NCBI GenBank assembly: GCA_016432465.1
Contig: CP066690.1
Location: forward strand, 590,823-654,822
Origin: Candidatus Sungiibacteriota bacterium
GTDB taxonomy: Bacteria; Patescibacteriota; Minisyncoccia; Sungbacterales; HO2-52-23
Length of the DNA: 64,000 nucleotides
Direction of reading: 5' to 3'
Part shown: positions 56,788 through 64,000 of the stretch, one piece after another
Layout of the letters: every line of letters begins with the position of its first letter
How positions within the stretch are numbered: the first letter of the stretch is position 1
Made by a program: the position numbers and the translations under genes
Notes under the pieces: generated by a model
What the model was told of the DNA's origin: nothing
The model's input: only the letters and a program-made list of their open reading frames with translations
Database searches by the model: none

Positions 56788-58488
56788 ATGCGTATACTTA
56801 ACGGTGCGGTGCAATCTGTCAATGCCGCGGCGCTATTGCTTGGCGCCGCGGGTTTGTTATCTCGTCTCTTGGGGGTGTTGCGCGACAGGCTTCTCGCGGC
56901 ACGGTTTGGTGCAGGTGGAGAGCTGGACGCTTACTACGCCGCATTTCAGATACCGGATTTTTTGAACGTTGTTTTTTTACTGGGTGCAGCGAGCGCCGCA
57001 GTGTTGCCTATTTTTCAGGAATATCTGGTTAAGGACCGGGAGGAAGCCCGCCGTTTGATTTCTGACCTCGTTACTATTTTTCTTGCAGGTTCCCTTTTAG
57101 TTGCGGCTCTTATTTTTTTTCTCGCCCCGCTAATAGTGCCTTTTATAGCACCGGGTTTTTCTCCAGAAAAGCGTGTTCTCACGGTAACTTTGACTCGTCT
57201 CCTGCTTCTTTCGCCGGTCATTTTTGGAATTTCCAACGTTGTATCTTCCGTCGTGCAGTCTTTTCAGCGTTTCTGGGCATATGCTATTGCACCGGTTCTT
57301 TATAATCTCGGAATTATTTTGGGAATTGTTGTTTTTGTGCCGGTGTTTGGCGTAGCGGGGTTAGCTTTTGGTGTTTTGGCGGGTGCGATTCTGCATCTGG
57401 GCACTCAACTTTTGGCAGTGAGAAGTCTTGGTTTTTCTCCGCGTCTCGGCTGGCAAGGGATAACCGAAGGAGTAAAAAAGGTACTGAAGCTTTCTTTTCC
57501 TCGGGTTCTTTCCGTTTCTCTTTCCCAGCTGACACTGCTTATACTTATTGCCATCGGCTCCACGCTGGTGGAAGGAAGCATTTCCATTTTCCAGCTGGCG
57601 CAGAATTTATACTTCGTGCCTATTGGGATTTTTGGAATAAGCTACTCCGTGGCTATTTTCCCGAGACTGTCCCGTGTTTATATTGGACGAGACGCTCGGG
57701 GGTTTTTCTATGAGTTATTTCTGGGTATTCGTTCCATTATTTTTTGGATGGCGCCGGCCACGGTTCTTTTTATCGTTTTGCGCGCCCATATTGTAAGGGT
57801 GGCGTTGGGCGCCGGAGCATTTTCCTGGGAAGATACAAGGTTAACGGCTGCGGTTCTGGCGGTGTTTTCTCTTTCTCTGTTTGCAGGCGGACTGGTTTCC
57901 CTGTTAATCAAGGGTTTCTATGCCCTAGAAAATACCTGGAGGCCTTTGATTATAAATATTTTTGCTTCGGTTTTCTCCGTCGCCCTAGCCCTTATTTTTT
58001 CTGCGGTTCTTGGAGAGGCGTCCGGTTTTACTCAAGGATTAGCAAATCTGCTTCGCATCCCCGACGTTTTGGACAAAAGGGTGGTTGGTCTTGCGCTTGG
58101 GTTTTCGCTCGGGTCGGCTGTCAATATCTGGCTTCTTTATGGGGCGTTGAAACGTCTTGCCCGGAAGAGTTTTGGTCACGACCAACCCCTTCCGTTAGGA
58201 GAATTTTTGAAAATTATATTGGCGGCATTGGTTTCCGGCCTAGCGGCTTACGGAGTGCGGTTAAGTTTTTCCGAAACTCTTCCTCTTATTACATTTGTCA
58301 GGGTTCTTGTTCAGGGAGCAACAGCCGGCGTGGTTGGTCTTGCGACATATTTTGGAATTTTACTGTTACTGAAAGAAGAAACAGTATTTTCGCTCGTAGG
58401 CACACTTAAGCGTCGTCTCTTTCGTGTTGGTGTTCTCCCGGCCCATTGGGACGGCGAGCTGCACGGTCCGCACCCGCATCAACACTAA
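56788..58488 (+). CDS. murJ: lipid II flippase MurJ
   Basis: N-terminal SRLLGVLRD..FGAG motif, 14 TM. Confidence 0.85.
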   Translation: MRILNGAVQSVNAAALLLGAAGLLSRLLGVLRDRLLAARFGAGGELDAYYAAFQIPDFLNVVFLLGAASAAVLPIFQEYLVKDREEARRLISDLVTIFLAGSLLVAALIFFLAPLIVPFIAPGFSPEKRVLTVTLTRLLLLSPVIFGISNVVSSVVQSFQRFWAYAIAPVLYNLGIILGIVVFVPVFGVAGLAFGVLAGAILHLGTQLLAVRSLGFSPRLGWQGITEGVKKVLKLSFPRVLSVSLSQLTLLILIAIGSTLVEGSISIFQLAQNLYFVPIGIFGISYSVAIFPRLSRVYIGRDARGFFYELFLGIRSIIFWMAPATVLFIVLRAHIVRVALGAGAFSWEDTRLTAAVLAVFSLSLFAGGLVSLLIKGFYALENTWRPLIINIFASVFSVALALIFSAVLGEASGFTQGLANLLRIPDVLDKRVVGLALGFSLGSAVNIWLLYGALKRLARKSFGHDQPLPLGEFLKIILAALVSGLAAYGVRLSFSETLPLITFVRVLVQGATAGVVGLATYFGILLLLKEETVFSLVGTLKRRLFRVGVLPAHWDGELHGPHPHQH

Positions 58489-58505
58489 AATTAAACCGAT
58501 GGCAC

Positions 58506-58547
58506 ATGCAGAACATACGTAATTTTTGTATATTGGCGCACATTGAC
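58506..58547 (+). pseudogene. relic first copy of the lepA 5' end (MQNIRNFCILAHID)
   Basis: encodes a diverged duplicate of lepA residues 1-15, interrupted at TTGAC by the 58548-58616 insert and resuming with CACGGCAAG (HGK). Confidence 0.55.
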
Positions 58548-58616
58548 CCCGTTAGAGATCCGATGCCCAAGGCATCGGCAGTCCCGACGTCGCGTCGGGA
58601 CTTATCTCTAACGGGG
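58548..58616. mobile_element. 69-bp IR element (CCCGTTAGAGAT...ATCTCTAACGGG) flanked by TTGAC direct repeat
   Basis: 12-bp TIR, internal GTCCCGACGTCGCGTCGGGAC hairpin, 5-bp flanking duplication. Confidence 0.6.
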
Positions 58617-58629
58617 TTGACCACGGCAA

Positions 58630-60396
58630 GTGGATAACAATATCAGAAATTTTGTTATTATTGCTCACATAGACCACGGCAAAAGTACCCTTGCTGATCG
58701 TTTTTTGGAACTTACCGGGACAGTGGAGAAACGCAGGATGCGAGAGCAGTTTTTGGATACGATGGCCCTTGAGCGGGAACGGGGCATCACTATAAAAATG
58801 GCGCCGGTGCGGATGGGGTGGCAGGGCTACACATTTAATCTTATTGATACTCCCGGCCACGTGGACTTTACCTACGAAGTTTCCCGCGCCTTGGCCGCAG
58901 TGGAGGGCGCGATTTTGCTGGTGGATGCAACGCAGGGCATTCAGGCCCAAACCCTTGCCAATTTTCAGCTTGCGCAAAAAGAGGGGCTTGTTGTGATTCC
59001 CGCCATAAATAAAATTGATCTTCCTTCAGCAGAGATTGTGAGGACCGAAGCAGAGTTTGTTTCTTTGCTTGGTGCGTTGCCGGAAGACATTTATAAAATT
59101 TCTGCCAAAACCGGTGAGGGCGTTGAGGAACTTTTGAGGGCGGTAATAAAAAAGGTGCCGCCGCCGCAAAATAAAAACGAGGAGATGCTGCGCGCGCTTA
59201 TTTTTGATTCTCACTTTGATCCTTATCAGGGTGTGATTGCTTACGTGCGGATTAGGGAAGGATTCGTCAAAAAAGGAGAACGTATTTTTTTTCTGGCAAC
59301 AAATTCAACGGCAGAAATTTTGGAGACAGGTGTTTTTATGCCCGAGAGGGTCCCTAAAAATATGTTGTCCGCCGGAGAAATTGGTTTCCTAGCCACCGGA
59401 GTCAAAGAGACGGAACGGGTTAGGGTAGGAGATACGATTGCCAAAAATAAATCTGCGGACTCCTTAACCGGATATCGTGAGCCCCAAGCAGTAGTTTTTG
59501 CCTCAATTTTTCCAGAAAACCAGGACGATTATGAACCATTGCGCGAATCGTTAAAAAAATTAAAACTAAACGACGCTGCTTTGACTTTTGAGCCGGAGGA
59601 GTCAGGGGCGCTGGGACGCGGAATGCGTTCTGGGTTTTTGGGCGTACTTCATATGGAAATTGTGGCGGAGCGGTTAAGGCGAGAATACGGACTTAAGGTA
59701 GTATTTACCAATCCATCCGTTGCCTTTCGTGTTAAAACAAAAAGCAGTGAAGACTTTATTTATTCGGCGGCAAAAATGCCGCAGCCTCATGAGATTGAGT
59801 GGGTTAAAGAGCCGTGGGTTAGGGTTGAGGTGATAACACCAAAGGAATACCTTGGAACTTTTGGTTCTTTGGTAAGCGAAAAAAGCGGAAAAATTTCTGA
59901 CACGTCAAATCTGGCCGGAGAACGGCTGCTGTTTAAGTTTGAGGCGCCGCTTCGTGAAATCATTGTTGATTTTTATGATAAATTAAAAAGCGTATCGCAG
60001 GGGTTCGCCTCTATGTCTTACGAGATTATTGATTATCGGCCGGCGGATTTGGTGAGAATGGAGATTTTAGTTGCCGGTCAAAATCAGCCGGCGCTTGCCG
60101 AGATTGTTCCGCGGGGAAAAGTGTATTTTACAGCACGTGAGCGTGTGCAAAAATTAAAAGAGCTTCTGCCGCGCGAACTTTTTGCCGTGGCGATTCAAGC
60201 CGAAGTTGAAGGACGGATTATTGCTCGTGAGACCGTGCCCGCGTTAAAAAAAGACGTTACTGGCTATCTTTACGGAGGCGATCGTACTAGAAAAATGAAA
60301 CTTTGGAAGAAGCAACAGAAAGGGAAAAAGAAATTAAAATCTAGGGGGCGGGTAGAGATTCCACCGGAGATATTTTTGAAGTTATTAAAAAAATGA
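58630..60396 (+). CDS. lepA: elongation factor 4 (GTG start)
   Basis: IIAHIDHGKSTL, DTPGHVDF. Confidence 0.9.
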   Translation: MDNNIRNFVIIAHIDHGKSTLADRFLELTGTVEKRRMREQFLDTMALERERGITIKMAPVRMGWQGYTFNLIDTPGHVDFTYEVSRALAAVEGAILLVDATQGIQAQTLANFQLAQKEGLVVIPAINKIDLPSAEIVRTEAEFVSLLGALPEDIYKISAKTGEGVEELLRAVIKKVPPPQNKNEEMLRALIFDSHFDPYQGVIAYVRIREGFVKKGERIFFLATNSTAEILETGVFMPERVPKNMLSAGEIGFLATGVKETERVRVGDTIAKNKSADSLTGYREPQAVVFASIFPENQDDYEPLRESLKKLKLNDAALTFEPEESGALGRGMRSGFLGVLHMEIVAERLRREYGLKVVFTNPSVAFRVKTKSSEDFIYSAAKMPQPHEIEWVKEPWVRVEVITPKEYLGTFGSLVSEKSGKISDTSNLAGERLLFKFEAPLREIIVDFYDKLKSVSQGFASMSYEIIDYRPADLVRMEILVAGQNQPALAEIVPRGKVYFTARERVQKLKELLPRELFAVAIQAEVEGRIIARETVPALKKDVTGYLYGGDRTRKMKLWKKQQKGKKKLKSRGRVEIPPEIFLKLLKK

Positions 60397-60433
60397 GAAC
60401 CCCCAAGGGGTTCTCTAATAAGAGGTCTTTATC

Positions 60434-61729
60434 TTAGCGACGCAGCTTTCCGGCTTCTACCACGCGGCTTACGGCGTGAATATAGGCCGCAGTTCTCATG
60501 TTTACTTTATATTGTTCGTGTTTGGCAACTACTTGTTTGAAGGCTCGTACCATCTGTTCTTCCAGCTTTTTGAGTACTGTCCCCTCGTCCCAATAATCCT
60601 GCTCTCGGCCTTGTATCCATTCGTAGTAAGAAACTGTTACCCCGCCGGCATTGGCCAGAATATCCGGTATCACGAAAACACCGTTGGCATGAAGTATTTC
60701 GTCAGCGTCAGGAGTAGTGGGGCCGTTGGCTGCCTCGGCAATGATTTTGGCCCGGATCAAAGGCGCATTTTGGGCGGTTATAACATTTTCCAAGGCCGCT
60801 GGGACAAGAATAGCAACCGGTAGCTGCAGAAGTTCTCCGTTGGAAATTCTGTCTGCCTCCTTGTAGTTTATTACTGACCCTGTTTCTGCCTTTACTTTTT
60901 CTACATCAGATATGTTTAAACCCCGAGGATTGTAAATGCCGCCTTGAGAGTCGGATACGGCTTCTACTCTAAAGAGAGCCCTCTGAAAGAGTTTAGCCGT
61001 GATAGATCCGGCATTGCCAAATCCCTGTACAGCTACAGTAAGAGAAGAAATTGGGCGCTTTTCCCCGCAATACTTTAATGCTTCTTGTGCCGTAATGAAG
61101 GTGCCGCGGGCCGTAGCCTCATTGCGTCCCAGAGAACCCCCTAGTACTACCGGTTTTCCAGTAACAACCGCCGGGATTGTGAATCCCTTAAGGCGACTAT
61201 ACTCATCCATGATCCAAGCCATAACCTGCGGATTGGTATTAACGTCAGGCGCCGGGATGTCGCTATCCGGACCAATCAAGGGAGCGATTTTTTCAGTATA
61301 TTTTCTGGTAAGTACCTGTAGTACGTCTCGCGACATATTTTTGGGAAAGTAATTTCTTAGGAAGGCAACGCGCTCCGGGGTCAAGTCCTCGAAATGAGGA
61401 GCGATCCCCCCCTTGCCGCCGCCGTAAGGAAGACCCATTACTGCGCATTTCCACGTCATCCACATGGAAAGCGCAATCACCTCATCTTCGGTGACATCGG
61501 GATGATAGCGGATGCCGCCCTTGGCCGGCCCAAGCCAGGTGTTGTGCTGGGAGCGAAAATAAAGAAAGCTGGCCTCTGACCCGTCATTAATGTCAATTAC
61601 AATCCGCCCCTTGAGGATACGCTCCGGATAGCTTAGTTTAAGGTAAATTTTTTGAGGTATATCAATGTAGGGGCGTACTCGTTCAAGTTGTTTAAGAGCA
61701 ATAAGCCGCGGATTAATGATGGTTTCCAC
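60434..61729 (-). CDS. gdhA: glutamate dehydrogenase
   Basis: LPYGGGKGGI. Confidence 0.85.
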   Translation of the reverse strand: METIINPRLIALKQLERVRPYIDIPQKIYLKLSYPERILKGRIVIDINDGSEASFLYFRSQHNTWLGPAKGGIRYHPDVTEDEVIALSMWMTWKCAVMGLPYGGGKGGIAPHFEDLTPERVAFLRNYFPKNMSRDVLQVLTRKYTEKIAPLIGPDSDIPAPDVNTNPQVMAWIMDEYSRLKGFTIPAVVTGKPVVLGGSLGRNEATARGTFITAQEALKYCGEKRPISSLTVAVQGFGNAGSITAKLFQRALFRVEAVSDSQGGIYNPRGLNISDVEKVKAETGSVINYKEADRISNGELLQLPVAILVPAALENVITAQNAPLIRAKIIAEAANGPTTPDADEILHANGVFVIPDILANAGGVTVSYYEWIQGREQDYWDEGTVLKKLEEQMVRAFKQVVAKHEQYKVNMRTAAYIHAVSRVVEAGKLRR

Positions 61730-62044
61730 GGAACCTCCTTATTTGGGCAACGCCCAAAGGGAAGTTAGGCTTCCCGAAGAGAACATAGCTCCGTTTAAAA
61801 AAGAAGTCAACCAGATGTGTCTTGTATTATGCAGCCATTGTCAAAAACAAACCCTCTACTACCTTCACGTTAAGGAAGAGTTTGGTGTATGGTATACTAT
61901 ATTTGTTTACACGTCAGTAGCCACCTATAAAAAGCGGAATAAGCAGATAAGCAACCATGGATATGACCCCAAGTAAGGTTATACCAATCCATATGATTCT
62001 AAGCTTTTTTGTGTTTCTCATCATCTTTATAAAGATACCATATA

Positions 62045-62410
62045 ATGCCTAACATATCTAACAAGTTAAAAGGTTCTCTGCCTTTTCATCTTTTACTTTT
62101 TGTAATCGCAGGGATTATTGTTTACGGGGTCCTTAAAACGTTGGCGCACACCTTGAGTTTGCGGCAGGAAGCGAGCAATAGTCGGGCAAAAATTGAAGAA
62201 CTTTTACAAAAAAAGGCAGAACTTGAAGCGTATCTGGCAGAGCTTGAAACGCCGCAAGCTTTGGAGCGGGAGGCCAAGGAACGTCTAAACCTGAAAAGAC
62301 GGGGAGAAGAAGTTGTGGTGGTGGTACCCGAAAAAAAGGACGAAGATAAATCAGGGGGAAAAATGTTTTTGGAGAAAATTAAGCATCTTTTAGAGTACAT
62401 ATTTAAATGA
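62045..62410 (+). CDS. FtsB/DivIC-like septum formation initiator
   Basis: TM + coiled coil + EREAKERLNLKRRGEEVVVV. Confidence 0.6.
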   Translation: MPNISNKLKGSLPFHLLLFVIAGIIVYGVLKTLAHTLSLRQEASNSRAKIEELLQKKAELEAYLAELETPQALEREAKERLNLKRRGEEVVVVVPEKKDEDKSGGKMFLEKIKHLLEYIFK

Positions 62411-62970
62411 AAGTAATACTTTTGGTTATCGGTATGGTCGTCGGTTTATTCCTGGTTAGTGTTATGACCGGTTTTTATCCGGTGGCCTTGGTTGACGGCG
62501 CACCGATTTTTTACAGGACGTGGAAGAAAACCGAGGAGGCGGCAAAACATTTTGCCAATACCCAGCTTGTTTCTAGGGGGTCAAAACCAATAGATTTCTC
62601 TGCGCCCCAAAACTCGGAACTCCTGCTGGCTGGCCGCAAAGACACCCTGACCTCTTTGATTGAGGATACGATTTTGCATCAAGGGGGTAAAAAGCTGCAT
62701 AAAGGTTTTGAGCGTTTGGTTGCGGCAAAAGTCAGCACGGCCCTAAAAGATAACGAGGATATAGAGCAGGCGGCCAAACTGGTTTATAATCTTGATCTTG
62801 ACGACTTTAAAGAGCTGGTTTTACTTCCGCAGGCGCAAGGCGAGGTTGTGGCAGAAATTTTAGAAAAGCAAAATCAGGATTTTGAGGGGTGGCTGCGCGA
62901 AGCCAAGAAGCAGAAGAGGGTTTTTTTGATGTTTGTTCCATTCAGTTGGGACGGCGAGCGGATCCAGTGA
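62407..62970 (+). CDS. membrane-anchored hypothetical (SurA-N-like?)
   Basis: N-terminal TM; 3' end overlaps miaA convergently by ~97 nt. Confidence 0.4.
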   Translation: MKVILLVIGMVVGLFLVSVMTGFYPVALVDGAPIFYRTWKKTEEAAKHFANTQLVSRGSKPIDFSAPQNSELLLAGRKDTLTSLIEDTILHQGGKKLHKGFERLVAAKVSTALKDNEDIEQAAKLVYNLDLDDFKELVLLPQAQGEVVAEILEKQNQDFEGWLREAKKQKRVFLMFVPFSWDGERIQ

Positions 62971-63800
62971 ATTTTTGAATTTCTCCGGAACCAGACCATT
63001 TGTCTACGTGCATATTTAAGGGTGTAACGGACAAGATAATATAACAATTCGGAACGTGGGAGTTTTTGTTCCAGTGCAGAAAGTGCTCCGCGATATTCAA
63101 ATCCCAGTTCTTGTATACGTTTTTTACTCATCCCTTGGCGGAGGAGTTTTTTTGTTTCTTTTATGAGACCCTTTTGTATCATTGTCGCCGCACGCGCCTC
63201 AATTTTTCTTCTAAGGACGGTTTTTGACGGACGAAGTCCGAGCCAAAAAACATTATAGGGGGAGTGTTTGACTAATCTGGGCACCTCACCCATTATTTTG
63301 GCAACCTCAATGGCACGAATCAGGCGGCGCGGATTTTTTTGCTCAATGGTTTTGGCCCGCCGGGGGTCAAGTTTTTGTAAAATTTTAAGAAGTTCCGCGG
63401 GGCGTTTCTTTACCAGTTTTTTTCTAAGTCTTGAGTTAGGCGGCACTGTCGGCAAGTTGATGTTATAAATAAGCGCATCAATCCAAAATCCCGTGCCACC
63501 CACGATAATAGGTATTTTCCCCCGGCTCGTGATGCCACGTACTACCTGCCCTGCAAGTCGTCTGAAGCCAACGACAGTTAGTTGTTGCTTGGGTTCCGCG
63601 ACGTTAAGCAGGTGGTGCGGCACGCCGCGCATTTCTTTTTTGGAAATTTTTCCGGTTCCGATGTCCAAACCTCTATAAATCTGTCGTGAGTCAGCAGAAA
63701 TTATTTCGCCATTAAATTTTTTAGCTAGCCTGACCGCTAACTCAGATTTTCCAGAAGCAGTGGGGCCCACAATAACAATGAGTTTCTGACGGCTTGACAT
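62874..63800 (-). CDS. miaA: tRNA dimethylallyltransferase
   Basis: VIVGPTASGKS..., ADSRQIYRGLDIGT. Confidence 0.9.
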   Translation of the reverse strand: MSSRQKLIVIVGPTASGKSELAVRLAKKFNGEIISADSRQIYRGLDIGTGKISKKEMRGVPHHLLNVAEPKQQLTVVGFRRLAGQVVRGITSRGKIPIIVGGTGFWIDALIYNINLPTVPPNSRLRKKLVKKRPAELLKILQKLDPRRAKTIEQKNPRRLIRAIEVAKIMGEVPRLVKHSPYNVFWLGLRPSKTVLRRKIEARAATMIQKGLIKETKKLLRQGMSKKRIQELGFEYRGALSALEQKLPRSELLYYLVRYTLKYARRQMVWFRRNSKIHWIRSPSQLNGTNIKKTLFCFLASRSHPSKS

Positions 63801-64000
63801 GAGTTGATTATATTTATATACTTATTTTGGTTTACTTTTACTTTGGGGAGGCCCCTTATGTTGTTTGTGGTGAGAAATATTAATCCAGAGGAAGTAGAAA
63901 AGAAGCTACGCGCGGCTGGCTACGGCGTACTTTTCGGACATAAATTTGAGTTCAGTATGGACGCAAAAACTGGTGTTTCTGAAGCCCGCCTGTCATATTT

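Noticed and set aside
61716-61976. 86-aa ORF upstream of gdhA
   Set aside because: Overlaps the gdhA start region; no RBS; likely promoter region.

Overview
The window looks like a small-genome Patescibacteria/CPR-type bacterium. Ribosomal L30 is absent between rpsE and rplO. There is a 61-aa zinc-type S14 and an L24 with a C-terminal zinc ribbon. Ribosomal proteins carry extensions, there are no SD-less housekeeping exceptions beyond those noted below, and a ComEC gene is present. First third: two tandem trypsin-like proteases, mfd, pth, lepB, a HisRS-like gene, HIT, rpsU, a RelE/ParE-type TA pair, ybeY-ftsA-ftsZ, a class II (B12) ribonucleotide reductase next to a cob(I)alamin adenosyltransferase, comEC (split), ndk, an archaeal-type (type II) GAPDH, nadE, tRNA-Pro(GGG), pepA and rpmB. 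Middle third (26.9-46.4 kb): the str/S10/spc ribosomal super-operon rpsL-rpsG-fusA-tuf-rpsJ...rplO-secY-adk-map, interrupted in several places by non-canonical inserts. These are a three-gene hypothetical cluster between fusA and tuf, a DUF3850-like gene between rpsC and rplP, and a 620-bp expansion between rplC and rplD carrying an antisense membrane ORF. Last third: ruvX, a GT2 glycosyltransferase, galT-like, tpiA, NDH-2, a PD-(D/E)xK nuclease and RNase HI, then an rnpB (RNase P RNA) locus surrounded by long perfect palindromes and small HTH/antitoxin-like genes, then an O-antigen-ligase/TPR membrane protein, murJ, lepA, gdhA, ftsB-like and miaA. The most unusual signals are (i) a family of inverted-repeat-bounded miniature elements and GC-rich hairpin elements scattered through intergenic regions, including inside the ribosomal operon, (ii) three cases where a gene end (rpsG 3', fusA 3', lepA 5') is present twice in tandem with diverged sequence and one copy carries a hairpin/IR insert, (iii) a long-range 18-bp perfect stem that sequesters the RBS and start codon of nrdJ, and (iv) a possible integrated-element remnant around rnpB.
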